From NCBI GenBank assembly GCA_002269645.1, contig NIVC01000199.1:248001-312000 (forward strand): a DNA stretch of 64,000 nucleotides, in the 5' to 3' direction. The notes beneath the pieces are model-generated. The model was not told the DNA's origin. It worked only from the letters and a program-made list of their open reading frames with translations, and searched no databases. The stretch comes from Macrostomum lignano (Eukaryota). Shown one piece after another: positions 13,135 to 25,688 of the stretch (positions are counted from its first letter, which is position 1; every line of letters starts with the position of its first letter). The translations under genes and the position numbers were made by a program.

Positions 13135-13612
13135 GATTGACATGGGAATAGAGATATAAGACATAGGAATAAAGATAAAAGACATGGGAATAGAGATGGA
13201 AGACATGGGAATAGAGATAAACGACATGGGAATAGAGATAAAAGACATGGGAATAGAGATAAACGATATGGGAATAGAGATAAAAGACATGGGAATAGAG
13301 ATAAAAGACATGGGAATAGAGATAAACGACATGAAAATAGAGATAAAAGACATGGGAATAGAGATAAACGACATGGGAATAGAGATAAAAGACACGGGAA
13401 TAGAGATAAAAGACATGGGAATAGAGATAAAAGACATGGGAATAGAGATAAAAGACATGGGAATAGAGATAAAAGACATGGGAATAGAGATAAAAGACAT
13501 GGGAATAGAGATAAAAGACATGGGAATAGAGATAAAAGACATGGGAATAGAGATAAATACATAGGAATAAAGATAAAAGACATAGGAATAGAGATGGAAG
13601 ACATGAGGATGG
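13135..13612. repeat. 21-bp minisatellite GACATGGGAATAGAGATAAAA upstream of HEN1
   Basis: About 22 copies; source of spurious DMGIEIK/MSFISIP ORFs. Confidence 0.95.
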
Positions 13613-13691
13613 AGATGAGGCATAAGTCAGGACGATAGAGACACATACAGATGAGTATAGGCCGCACTATTGCACACAGCCAAATGCATTC

Positions 13692-15986
13692 ATGGCAGTC
13701 GCAGTACCGGACACAGACGAACCAGTGGCGACCAGCCGGCTGGATGAGTTGAGCAGCCCGCCTCCTCTGCCGCTGCATTCGCCACCGGCTAAACAGCAGC
13801 TGCAGCAGCAATCCAGCAATAACAGTTGCTGCTCAGAAGATGAGCACGATCGCGTAGAAGCATCCGTGGTGTTCTCTCCGCCGCTCTATATTCAGCGCTA
13901 CTCAACCGTTTGCAATTTATTATCGAACAGTTTAAAACATTTCGCAGCGAATTCCGATAGTAATGCTACTACTAATACTACTATGAGTAGCTCCGGCATT
14001 AAAGTAGTAGATTTTGGCGCCGCCGAATGTAAAATGTTTCGACGCTGGATTAAACCGTTGGACTTTGTGACTCAATACATTGCTGTTGATGTGGCCGCTT
14101 CTCATGCCGCGTTGGCCGAATCAGCCCGGCACAATTTGAAACCGGAGCTGTCTGACTACCTGGCTAAAAGGCGCCTGCCTCTGCACGCCAGGCTGATGTG
14201 CGGCAGCGTGTGCGAGCCGGACCCCCGCCTAGTTGGAGCTCACGCTGCCCTGCTTGTTGAACTCATTGAGCACCTGCATCCTAGGGATTTGGATCGGCTG
14301 CCGGAGCAGGTACTTGTAAAGCTCTGCTGTCTTAGAAAATCTTCAAATAAACTTTGATTCTTTCTTTTCATCATTCTACTGAAGTCGTCTTTGGGGAGTA
14401 ATGTCAGAGAAGTTTCAACTTCAATGCTATTTATGCGCAGCAAGTTAAGCAGAGATTGGCCGCGGTTAGTTACGCAACTCACAAATCAATGTAGTGTCAG
14501 TGAGCGAGTTGAAAATTAAACTGAGTTAAGTTGGGGGCTGCGAACTCGACTGCACCGAGAGTTTTACTCGTTTTATTTCAAGGGCTAGATAGATAGAGTC
14601 TGACTGCGGGCCAGAAGAGGGTAGAGAGAAGAGGGAATAAATAAGAGATGGGACAAAGGGGGAGAGACGAAGGAACAGAGAAGAGAGTAGAGCAGATGAG
14701 AGGTAGAGGAAGGAAAAGGAGAAAAAAGGGAGAGGAGGAGAGAAGGGAGAGGAGAGGAGAGAAGGGAGAAAAGAGGAGAGAAGGGAGAAGAGAGGAGAGA
14801 AGGGAGAAGAGAGGAGAGAAGGGAGAAGAGAGGAGAGAAGGGAGAGGAGAGGAGAGAAGGGAGAGGAGAGGAGAGAAGGGAGAGGAGAGGAGAGAAGAGA
14901 AGGGAGAAAAGAAAATAGAAAAGAAGGGAGAGGAGGGGAGAGGAGAGAGGAGAGAAGGGAGAAAAGAGGAGAGAAGGGAGTGGAGAGGAGAGGAGAGAAG
15001 GGTGAAGAGAGGAGAGAAGGGAGAAGAGACGAGAGGAGAGAAGAGAAGGGAGACAAGAAAATAGAAAAGAAGGGAGAGGAGGGGAGAAGAGAAGACACAA
15101 GCCTTGAGCCGTAGACATAGATTGCTATTGTGAGTTTTAAAGCACCTGAAGGCAGGATAGAGGCTTTGCAGGCCCCGGAGTTTTTGCCGACCCCTGGTGT
15201 ACAGCGACCCTGCCGGGCATGTACACTCTGTTCCTTCATGGCTATAAATCGCCCGACAACTCTTGGGCCATTTTTTGCACAAGCCCGAAAAGAATGTGGC
15301 CGCGTTTACTTGTTTAAATTCATTCCTTTATTATCAGGTATTCGGCTGTTTGAAGCCGCGCATAGTGATTGTAACCACGCCAAATGCCGACTTCAATGTT
15401 TGCTTCGGCCCGAGCTTTGCCGGCTTCCGACATTGGGATCACAAATTCGAATGGAGTCGTGCGGAGTTCGAGGCCTGGGCAAAGCCGCTGGCTAGTCAGT
15501 ACTCGTACTCGGTTGAGTTTATTGGCATTGGCTCGCCTCCGGCTGGCATGGAGTCTGTTGGGCACTGCACTCAGGCCGCGGTGTTCCGCCTGCTGGAGTC
15601 GTCCGGCTCCGCCAGCTGCGATAGGGTGGCCAAGGATTGGCCAGAACGGTACACGGTTGTGTACGAGATTCACTACCCTTACCAGCCGCAGGCGGATGTG
15701 CCCAGGTGAGCTATTCTATTTTATATCCGTATTTCACCTCTCATTCACGAATGCTAGGTAATATGCTAAGGGCTGACTATTATTCTACCATAGCTCGCAA
15801 AGTATGAAATTTATTTGGCTAGAAAACACAAAACTACTACTACTGCTTCTGCTACTGCTACTAATACTACGACTACTACTACCACTACTACTACTACTAA
15901 TATTACAACTACCACTACTACTACCACCACACGACTACTACTACTATTACTGCTACTACTAATACTACAACTACTAATACTAATGA

Positions 15987-16022
<36 letters not shown>

Positions 16023-16031
16023 AACTACTAT

Positions 16032-16065
<34 letters not shown>

Positions 16066-16410
16066 GTTACTACTACTACCACTACCACTACTACTACTAC
16101 TACTACTAATACTACTTCTACTACTTGCAGGGAGCAGCGCCTGGCCGAGGAGGCGGCCTACTGCGCCCGCAGTCTGCTGGCCTACGAGCGTCGCCGTCGT
16201 CGCGCCTCGGCTGCCGCGGCCGGCGAGGACAACGCCGTGTCGGCGGACGCGGCCGCAGATTGTCGGGTGCAGCTGCAGTCGGTGGTGCGGCACCCGTGCA
16301 TCGCGCCATTCGAGGCCAGCGCAGTTGAACTGGCCAAGCTGCTGAGCAGCGCCGGATTTCTAGTTGACGAGAATTTCGAATGGGTACGCGAATCAGCTGA
16401 GAAAGCTTGA
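13692..16410 (+). CDS. HENMT1: Small RNA 2'-O-methyltransferase HEN1; exons 13692-14309, 15338-15705, 16131-16410 (421 aa)
   Basis: FSPPLYIQRY, SAM-binding VVDFGAAEC, metal-binding ELIEHL, TTPNADFN and FRHWDHKFEWSRAEF; junctions are phase-compatible. Confidence 0.95.
14580..15196 (+). mobile_element. hAT-like non-autonomous element carrying an internal GAGAAGGGAGAGGA array (HEN1 intron 1)
   Basis: Terminus TTTGCCGACCCCTG at 15183-15196. Flank 15085-15185 is homologous, inverted, to 34013-34130. A similar end GTCGACCCCTG lies near 55945. Confidence 0.55.
15828..16122. repeat. (CTA)n/(ACT)n trinucleotide microsatellite filling HEN1 intron 2
   Basis: Directly visible; ends ~8 nt before the acceptor. 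Confidence 0.95.
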
Positions 16411-16709
16411 GCTGTGAGTTGAAGGAAATCAAAATGTTCTGTTCGTGTGCGTCTAATCTGGTGTTGTCTTTTCGCGGCTCTGTTGCACTGTGTTTTTTCA
16501 CAGAGAGGCGACAATCTGTTAAATATTGTACATATTTTTGATATTATCGATATGCATTGTTTGTTGGCATGTAATTATTTTTTGTCATAATTTATATAAC
16601 AGAGTTGTCCTAGTTTTGTCATGGTTGAAGAATTTACGTTTAAATTTATAATATATCGGCGCTTTTCAATAATTTCCCTAAATTGCAGTTTTTCCCGCTA
16701 ATACCCCAA

Positions 16710-17200
16710 ATATGCCATTCATAGAATAGCCTAAATACCCAAAATATACCTCTCAAAGAATAGCCTAAATACCCCAAATATGCCAATGAAAGATTCACCT
16801 AAATACCTCAAATATACCTCTCAAAGAGTCGTCTAAATACCCCAAATATACCACTATAAATAGCCTAAATACCCCAAATATACCACTGTAAATAGCCTAA
16901 ATACCCCAAATATACCACTGTAAATAGCCTAAATACCCCAAATATACCACTCTAAATAGCCTAAATACCCCAAATATACCACTATAAATAGCCTAAATAC
17001 CCCAAATATACCACTGTATAAATAGCATAAATACCCCAAATATACCACTCTATAAATAGCCTAAATACCCCGAATATACCACTCTATATATAGCCTAAAT
17101 ACCCCAAATATGCCACTCAAATATTCGCCTAAATACCACAAATAAATACCCTAAATACCCCAAATATACCACTCTCAGAATGGCCTAAATACCCTAAATT
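16710..17200. repeat. ~32-bp minisatellite (AAATACCCCAAATATACCACT..AAATAGCCT)
   Basis: About 14 copies. Confidence 0.9.
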
Positions 17201-17749
17201 CGAGTATACCTCTAAGAACTGTGCCCAATTAAAACAACGCCCAGATTAAAAAGGCAGACTAAGAATCGCCCGTCTCGAAAAATCTCCCTAAGTCAGTTGT
17301 CTCGTCTGTCCTGCAATCCATCAATAGATTTATTTGTCCACAATTTTATTTCCAGCCCTGTGTTTAAGTCTCCCAACATTTTGGCATTTTATGCTCCGTA
17401 TTATCAGTCTTTTTTCTTGTCTGTCAATTTTAAAAAGCTGTATATTAATCGTCATGCTTTTTATTTTTTGGAGTTTCAGTCAGAAAGTTTATCTTCTTTT
17501 TTTGCTAAACATATTTTGTCAGTACAAGTTTTCTGCCTTGCTAGCTAGATTAGGGACGGTGTTGTGAAGGAGACAGAGGCGGAATGAGATAAGAGAAGCA
17601 GGGAGAGAAACGGAGACTGGATTGGATACCGAAGAGAGGGGTGGAGAGTCGGTGAGAAAGAGGCGATGGAAGTATAGGGGGAGAGAGGCGACTAGACTCA
17701 GGGAGAATCCAGGGAGTCAGGGAGAGAAGCGGAGCGTCAGGTAAAGAGG

Positions 17750-18200
17750 AGAGGTGAAGAAGAGAGGCGGAGATAGGTGGAGAAGAGAGGCGGAGATAGG
17801 TGGAGAAGAGAGGCGGAGATAGGTGGAGAAGAGAGGCGGAGATAGGTGGAGAAGAGAGGCGGAGAGAGGTGGAGAAGAGAGGCGGAGATAGGTGGAGAAG
17901 AGAGGCGGAGATAGGTGGAGAAGAGAGGCGGAGATAGGTGGAGAAGAGAGGCGGAGATAGGTGGAGAAGAGAGGCGGAGATAGGTGGAGAAGAGAGGCGG
18001 AGAGAGGTGGAGAAGAGAGGCGGAGATAGGTGGAGAAGAGAGGCGGAGATAGGTGGAGAAGAGAGGCGGAGATAGGTGGAGAAGAGAGGCGGAGATAGGT
18101 GGAGAAGAGAGGCGGAGAGAGGTGGAGAAGAGAGGCGGAGATAGGTGGAGAAGAGAGGCGGAGATAGGTGGAGAAGAGAGGCGGAGAGAGGTGGAGAAGA
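17750..18200. repeat. 23-bp minisatellite AGAGAGGCGGAGATAGGTGGAGA within a purine-rich tract
   Basis: About 19 copies. Confidence 0.95.
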
Positions 18201-19077
18201 TAGGTGGAGAGCTTCAGGTATAGAGGAGAGTTGGAGACAGCTACAGAGGCGGAGAGAGTCAGGTAGAGGTGGAGAGCTTCGGGTAGAGAGATGGAGAAAG
18301 GCGGAGAGCTTCAGGAAGAGAGGTGGAGAGCCAGGGGAGAGGGAGGCACAGGAAAAGTCAGAGAAATGCAGAACAAGGATGGACAAACACTGCATGAATG
18401 TGTGCATGACGTTATGCTGCCCTAAGTCCCTTAAAACGCGGAACTATGCTACTGTACATCTGTCCATTGACAGGCAGGTATTATATTCATTGCTCACATT
18501 GATGCCACAGTCTTTTATTGTATGTGGAGATAGTGTAACTTCCAATTAATAAGCAGGAAATTCTGGGGTTAGCCTTGATTTAGAAATTGTCTTTGTACAT
18601 ACAGATATGATAATCTGAAATTCATATTTTTGTGTCCCATTTTTCTACCTTGGTCTGTTTTACAAATTTCGTTTCTTTCTCTGCTTCTGTGTCTTAAATA
18701 TTATTATTAGACTCAATTTCGTGACTTCAAATTCTGCATTATAGAAGTCTTAATCTGAAATGTTCTGAACATTTTACTAAAAGTAGGTTTAGCGTAATTT
18801 TTATCTTCTGCTTCTTGTTTGGTGTATTTTCAGAGAGATAAAAAATAGCACCTGCACATAGCTTGAATTTGATTTCGCTTATGAAATATATTTGTATCAA
18901 GCTTATATTGCAATATAATAAACCCCCAGTTCATGCACACCTTCCGTGTTTAACAGATGCAAGTTTTTGTTTTGTTCTGTCAAATTGTGTTCTAAAAAAT
19001 ATAGTCGGGGACGAAAGCAACTGTTGTTTTTGTTTATTTGCTTATTTTGCCGTCTCTAGTTTTATTTTTTGAATTGC

Positions 19078-19885
19078 GCTGGCACCCACTGAAGGATCAG
19101 GGGGAATAGCAAGCAGCACTCGCTGAAGGATCAGGGGAATAGCAAGCGGCACTCGCTGAAGGATCAGGGGAAATAGCAAGTAGCACCCCACTGAAGGATC
19201 GGGGGGAATAGCAAGTAGCACCCACTGAAGGATCAGGGGGAATAGCAAGCAGCACTCGCTGAAGGATCAGGGGAATAGCAAGCGGCACTCGCTGAAGGAT
19301 CAGAGGAAATAGCAAGTAGCACCCCACTGAAGGATCGGGGGGAATAGCAAGTAGCACCCACTGAAGGATCAGGGGGAATAGCAAGTACGCTCGTAGCACC
19401 CCACTGAAGGATCAGGGGAATAGCAAGCAGTACTCGCTTAAGGATCAGGGGGAAAAGCAAGCGGTACTCGCTGAAGGATCAGGGGGAATAGCAAGTACAC
19501 TCGTAGCACCCCACTGAAAGATCAGGGGGAATAGCAAGTAGCACCCCACTGAAGGATCATGGGGAATAGCAAGTAGCACCCACTGAAGGATCAGGGGGAA
19601 TAGCAAGCAGTAGCACTCGCTGACAGATCAGGGGGAATAGCAAGCAGTACTCGCTAAAGGATCGGGGGGAATAGCAAGTAGCACCCCACTGAAGGATCAG
19701 GGGGAATAGCAAGTAGCACCCCACTGAAGGATCAGGGGGAATAGCAAGCAGTACTGGCTAGTAGCACCCACTGAAGGATCAAGGGAACAGCAAGGAGCAC
19801 ACGCTGAAGGATCAAGGGAACAGCAAGGAGCACACGCTGAAGGATCAGGGGGAATAGCAAGCGGCACTCGCTGAAGGATCAGAGG
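19078..19885. repeat. ~32-35-bp minisatellite (CACTGAAGGATCAGGGGGAATAGCAAGTAGCACC) upstream of NSFL1C
   Basis: More than 20 variant copies. Confidence 0.92.
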
Positions 19886-19948
19886 GAATGACAAATAATC
19901 ACTAATCTATCAACCCAATTATCATTCCATGCTTTGCACTGATACGCC

Positions 19949-22221
19949 ATGGACTCCGAGAAGATTTCCACATTCATGTCGGTGACATCGGCGGACGCAG
20001 AGCGCGCCCGCGCCTACTTGGAGGCTGCCCAGGGCGATCTGGACGCCGCCGTTGCGATGTTCTTCGCCGCAGGCGAGGAATCCGCCGAAGGTCAGCAGCC
20101 GCCGCCGCCGCCGATGAACACTTCGGCAAAAGCCACGGCGGTGGGAGCTGCCGAAGATCCGAGGAACCCGGCCTCCAGACCGCAGGAGAGGCAGCAGACA
20201 GCGGCTAGCGGCGGTCGTTTTGTCACCATGGACGCGCTGAGGTCACGAAAAGGTCACGGCGGCGGCGGCGGAGGCAGCGACGCTGAAGATCCTGACAGCG
20301 ACGAAGATGATGGAGCTCAAGCGTTCTACGTTGGTGGCTCTGAGAAAGGCGGCGGACAGCAGGTATTGACCCAGCTAGCGATGACCCAGGTGTTGACCCA
20401 GCTGTTGACCCAGCTAGCGATGACCCAGGTGTTGACCCAGGTGTAGACCCAGCTAGCGATGACCCAGCTGTTGACCCAGCTAGCGATGAACCATGTGTTG
20501 ATCCAGCTAACTATGACCTAGCTGTTGACCCAGGTGAAGACCCAGCTAGCGATGACCAGTTGTTGACCCAGGTAGCGATGGCCCAGGTGTTGACCCATCT
20601 GTCAGTGGTCATACATCAATACAAACCGAGCACAAAGTTGACCCAATCACCATGCTGACCCAAGCACCATGCTGACCCAGGCATCATGCTGACCCAAGCA
20701 CCATGCTGACCCAAGCATCATGCTGACCCAAGCACCATGCTGACCCAAGCATCATGCTGACCCAAGAACCATGCTGACCCAAGAACCATGCTGACCCAAG
20801 CACCAAGCTGACCCAAGAACCATGCTGACCCAAGAACCATGCTGACCCAAGCATCATGCTGACCCAAGAACCATGCTGACCCAAGCACCATGCTGACCCA
20901 AGCATCATGCTGACCCAAGCATCATGCTGACCCAAGAACCATGCTGACCCAAGCATCATGCTGACCCAAGCATCATGCTGACCCAAGCACCATGCTGACC
21001 CAAGCACCATGCTGACCCAAGCACCATGCTGACCCAAGCACCATGCTGACCCAAGCACCATGCTGACCCAAGCATCATGCTGACCCAAGCACCATGCTGA
21101 CCCAAGCACCATGCTGACCCAAGCATCATGCTGACCCAAGCATCATGCTGACCCAAGCATCATGCTGACCCAAGCACCATGCTGACCCAAGCATCATGCT
21201 GACCCAAGCATCATGCTGACCCAAGCACCATGCTGACCCAAGCATCATGCTGACCCAAGCACCATGCTGACCCAAGCATCATGCTGACCCAAGCACCATG
21301 CTGACCCAAGCATCATGCTGACCCAAGCACCATGCTGACCCAAGCACCGAGCCGCCAATCCTCACCCGCTCCGCACAGGTGCTCGGCCCTCCGGGTTCCC
21401 GTCGCGCCGACGCCGGTCGCATAGCAACCAGCCTGTTCGCCTCGGCCCGTCGTCACGGCGCCACTGAAGTCGGCTCGGCCGACGATCCCGGCCACGGAGC
21501 CGCAGGCGGGTTCGCCGCTTTTGCCGGCCGCGGCCTCCGACTGGACGCTGAGCAGCCGGCTGAGACCGCCGCCGCTGCTTTATCCGCAGCCTCTGCCAGT
21601 CAGCAGCAGCCGCAGCAGCCGGTCTGTCGAGTGCTGAAGCTCTGGTCAAACGGCGTCTCCATCGACGCCGGTCCGTTGCGCTCGTTCGAGGAGCCGGCCA
21701 CCAGGGAGCTGCTGCAGGCGGTGGCGCAGGGCCGAGTGCCTGCCGAGCTGCGCAGCGAGGCACGCGGCGCACGCGTGGACCTGCAGCTCGAGGATCACCG
21801 GGACACCGAATATCAAGCCGGAAGCAGCGGCAGCAGCAAGTTCAAAGCGTTCGCTGGCTCCGGCCAGGTGCTTGGAAGCCCCGCGCCAGCCGCTTCAGTG
21901 CAGGCTGCCCCCACCGCCGCTGCTGCCGACGCTGGCACAGGCAGTGGCGGGGCAGTGGCTGTGCCTGTGGACCCCAGCCAGCCCACCACCAACTTGAATG
22001 TCCGCCTGCCATCCGGCGGCCGGCCGCTGACCGTGACCCTGAACCAGGCCAAGCACACGGTTGCGGATCTGCGCAGGTTCGTGTCCGCCGAGAGGCCCGA
22101 GCTGGCGGACCGGACCTTCGTGTTCCTCACCACCTTCCCCACTGCCGAGATCGCTAACGAGGAGCAGACGCTGGAAGCTGCTGGTCTGGTGAATGCCGCT
22201 GTGGTTGTGAGGATTAAGTGA
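19949..22221 (+). CDS. NSFL1C: NSFL1 cofactor p47 (UBA-SEP-SHP-UBX); exons 19949-20362 and 21379-22221 (418 aa)
   Basis: UBA (ISTFMSVTSA...ARAYLEAAQGDLDAAVAMFF), QAFYVGGSEKGGGQQ|VLGPP, SEP (LKLWSNGVSIDAGPLRSFEEP), SHP (FKAFAGSGQVLGS) and UBX (FLTTFPT, TLEAAGLVNAAVV). Confidence 0.95.
20363..21346. repeat. GACCCAG/GACCCAAG-based minisatellites (15-bp CATGCTGACCCAAGC) filling the NSFL1C intron
   Basis: The array starts at the donor GT and ends ~30 nt before the acceptor. Confidence 0.95.
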
Positions 22222-22254
22222 TTATCATCTGCCTTGGGACCTGGACTTGAAAAT

Positions 22255-22578
22255 CCCCATGATCCCGTAAATGTAGATGTGTGATACTGTTCACAAAACT
22301 CCCCATGATCCCGTGAATGTAGATGTGTGATACTGTTCACAAAACTCCCCATGATCCCGTAAATGTAGATGTGTGATACTGTTCACACAAATCCCCATGA
22401 TCCGGTGAATATATCAGTGTGATACTGTTCACACAACTCCCCATGATCCCGTGAATATATCAGTGTGATGCTGTTCACACAACTCCCCATGATCCCGTGA
22501 ATATATCAGTGTGATGCTGTTCACACAACTCCCCCATGATCCCGTGAATATATCAGTGTGATACTGTTCACACAACCT
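22255..22578. repeat. ~50-bp minisatellite in the NSFL1C 3' region
   Basis: 6-7 copies of CCCCATGATCCCGTGAAT...GTGTGATACTGTTCACA. Confidence 0.9.
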
Positions 22579-23379
22579 CCTATGAAAATGCCAGCTAAAT
22601 AATTGCATGCAAAAATGCTCATATATTTGTTTATTTAACTACGAGCCTAAACTGTCTTCAAGGCGCCTTAATGTGCTTTGATTTAATATTAACATAATAA
22701 TTTCTGCAGTATAAATATTCAGTCATGGCATTTTTGTGCTGTCCTGCAAGTCGGTTAACCCGAGACTTTGCGTAATAATCTTTCTAACCTCTTGTACTTT
22801 TCTCTCTGTTACAATTATTCAGTTCGCTAGGCACTTTAAAACACTTCTTTGCTGTCACGATTTGTCAAGGTTTGTGGAGACCGCTAATATTCAGTTGTAT
22901 GAACATCAAATAAACAAATTAATTCGTCAGATTTAAACACAAAACTGAACTATTCATAAACAAAATTGTCAAAGAAATGTGTGATGTTTATTATTTTTAT
23001 TGATTGTTTATGACCTAAGGCTAGATATACCGCATTAAGTTACGGAAGTCAGAGTATGTACGAGTATGTACGTATTAAGCTATAGATGCACTTGGTGCGG
23101 TGACTTACAAAAAACACGATATGCAAATATAAAATATGTAGATTCAAAAGTAACGAAAAGTAGTCGTAAAAACACGCTTCTAAATTGCAAAGTAGAATAC
23201 CCGAAGCTGTCAACCAATAATACAGATTAAACCAACAGATTAACAATTATTGCTCACACAAACATGATTAGATCCATTTGAGCCAAGCAGCCATTTTGTC
23301 AAGACTAGTTGAGACTAGTTCTAGTTGAAATGCCTTGAACTAATTAATACTCAAATATCTTGCTTCACTTTGGTTCGAA

Positions 23380-23650
23380 CTTCATTTTGGCGCAACGCAT
23401 TCGTCGACATTGTCTCACAGCCACCATTCTGCCGATTTCGCTGAATCCTGAGCACCCATGCACACGCTCACACAGGGTGTACAGCTGCCCTCACTTTCTA
23501 ATCCTTATGGAAAACCCCTTTGGGCCAATTTTCCGCATGCTTAAAACCCCAAACAAATGTGACCAAGAACGGAATCAAGGGTGCTTACCTACTTAGGGGT
23601 AACTGAGCATCATACTCAGACGCGTTAACCGCTGTGCTACAACACCGCCT
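23380..23650 (-). mobile_element. tRNA-headed SINE copy, minus strand
   Basis: Reverse strand starts GGCGGTGTTGTAGCACAGCGGTTAACGCGTCTGA and carries the shared core GCTGTACACCCTGTGTGAGCG...TGCTCAGG. Confidence 0.6.
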
Positions 23651-23810
23651 GATTACTATTCGCCTTTTACGTAAGTAGCAAAATATTTAATACCGCTGCT
23701 TTAGTGTAGACACACAAAACCAAGTCGCTATCATTTGCATAATAAATAGAAAACAACTGAGTGGTCATCATTGGTACAGCAAAGAATATCATCAAAAAGC
23801 CACTGTCTCA

Positions 23811-25688
23811 TCAGACCCACAGAAAAAGTACACCCCGAATGAAGGCTCTGCAGATGGGGCACGTCTTCAGCGACTTGGCGCACACTGAGCAGCAGGCCAC
23901 GTGACCACAGTCCAGCAGCATGTTGTTCACCTCCTTGTCCATGCACACCTTGCACGTCTTCCAGTCGACCTGCTCACGAAATTTGGGCTGCGTATGATAA
24001 TTGTCCAACTTCCGTTGACAATGCTCATAAGGGTCCTGCGACTGCTTGCGCATGCGGCGGCTCTCAGTGAGCATGAAGTCGAGGAACAGCTCCGATGTGG
24101 CAAAGTCATCGCCTCGCTGTCTGAGATGCAGCTCTGTGAACAGTCTCACTTGCAGAGCGGAGAATCCGAGCTGAGTGAGCAGTCTCACAACGGGCAGGTC
24201 GGCTCTCGCCTTGATGTCTCTGGCCTCGACTCTGAACTCGACTCCAGGAGTGACTGCGAGAGCCTCGTTTGCATGACGGTGGCGATACAAGTTACTTAGT
24301 TCAATTGTGCTCATTTGACGGAGTGCAGCTGTCTGTTGCTGCACGGGAGGCGACAGTCGGTGCACCGCCTGTACAAAGTCGCTGCCTCGCTCCAACAACA
24401 CGTGAGGACACCGAGGTGACCACCTGGCGTGCTCAACCCACACATCATCGTCGCAGCTCCACTCGCTCATGCAGAGTCCGCAGCTGAAGCAGCAGGTCGC
24501 TCTCTCGGCTTCCGAGTAGAAGAAGCCCGTCTTTGCAAGCAAGTACACTGGCTGCTGAACGAGAGCCGAGTGCAGAGACTGCGACCGCGCTTGGTAGGTC
24601 TCGAACTGTGCGTGTTTGGCAGTCACACTCGATGGATCACTCTCGAGACTGTGCTGCAGAGCGGACAGGTTCGTGAGCGCTCTCTCGGAGCACGCAGATC
24701 TCGCTACTTCGCTCGACACTGGAAGCTGAGGACGCTTCATCATGTCGACTGCGATCAGCTCGTCGTCCACAACGCGTCCTGCACCAGCAGCAGCATTTGG
24801 TTCACGAGTTCCGCGTGTTGCCCACTCTTTCAGTCCAGCGAACTCCATCGGTGGTAGCTCAGCGACCAGCTTCATGCTCCAGTCTCCGTTCACCATCAGT
24901 GCTGCATCATCTGCAGTCTGATCACTGCACTGCATTGCCTCTACCAGCTTTGCTGACCTCGAGGCTCCTTCCGGCTCTCTGTGTTCTCGAGGCACGTTGC
25001 CGACTTCGACGAACAGAACGAACGGACAGGTGGAGAAGTGGCGTCTGTGAGCCTCTCGGACCTGCTCGCCCGCCTCCCAGTCCTTGAGCACACCCTTGCA
25101 GAATGCACACTTTACTCTGTCCGACTCCTGCAGGTAGAAGAATCCGTCAGCAGCCAGATCCGTCACTGACACCAGGTGAGCCGCTGTGAAGCTGGCATCT
25201 GGCAGGTGGAAGGACTGCCACCTGTTCTCCTCTCGTCTCATGTCCCACAGGTGTTGTGGAATCGAGGCCGGCATTCCACTCGTGTCCCATCGCTGATTGC
25301 GGAAGTCCAGAGTCTGCGGCACGGATGACGCTCTGCCACCAGGTGTGCTGTTGTTGTAGTACCGCAGTACCTTGCTCTTACCTGTTTGACTCCCAGAGTT
25401 AGCAAAATTTGGTTCTCTTCGCCCCAGCTGGCTTGCAATTTCGATCCTTTTTTTCAAAAAGCCGTGTTCCGAAGTCTGGAGTAGATTTGGCAGCAACTCG
25501 AAAATTCGTGAATCCTTTAGTAAAGTCGGATCTTGACTTGCATCCTGAGCAGATTTGCCTAGCTGTTGTTCGACTGTATTGAATGTTGCCATACGAACAC
25601 CTTTCTGCTGCATGCCTCGGTGCTGCAGGTGATTGATCAGACCTTGAATTCGCACGTCATTGTTGTTTGGCTGGTTACCACTGCTCAT
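23811..25688 (-). CDS. Inhibitor of apoptosis (2 BIR + RING), copy 1, intronless, 625 aa
   Basis: Two CX2CX16HX6C BIRs (CAFC...H...C and CFSC...HARWSPRC) and the C-terminal RING CKVCMDKEV...CGH...CPICR. Confidence 0.95.
   Translation of the reverse strand: MSSGNQPNNNDVRIQGLINHLQHRGMQQKGVRMATFNTVEQQLGKSAQDASQDPTLLKDSRIFELLPNLLQTSEHGFLKKRIEIASQLGRREPNFANSGSQTGKSKVLRYYNNSTPGGRASSVPQTLDFRNQRWDTSGMPASIPQHLWDMRREENRWQSFHLPDASFTAAHLVSVTDLAADGFFYLQESDRVKCAFCKGVLKDWEAGEQVREAHRRHFSTCPFVLFVEVGNVPREHREPEGASRSAKLVEAMQCSDQTADDAALMVNGDWSMKLVAELPPMEFAGLKEWATRGTREPNAAAGAGRVVDDELIAVDMMKRPQLPVSSEVARSACSERALTNLSALQHSLESDPSSVTAKHAQFETYQARSQSLHSALVQQPVYLLAKTGFFYSEAERATCCFSCGLCMSEWSCDDDVWVEHARWSPRCPHVLLERGSDFVQAVHRLSPPVQQQTAALRQMSTIELSNLYRHRHANEALAVTPGVEFRVEARDIKARADLPVVRLLTQLGFSALQVRLFTELHLRQRGDDFATSELFLDFMLTESRRMRKQSQDPYEHCQRKLDNYHTQPKFREQVDWKTCKVCMDKEVNNMLLDCGHVACCSVCAKSLKTCPICRAFIRGVLFLWV

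Noticed and set aside
13098-13623. DMGIEIK/MSFISIP repeat ORFs
   Set aside because: 21-bp minisatellite open in several frames on both strands.
15811-16345. Poly-Thr/poly-Leu ORF resembling a mucin or membrane protein
   Set aside because: (CTA)n microsatellite in HEN1 intron 2; the splice model explains the region.
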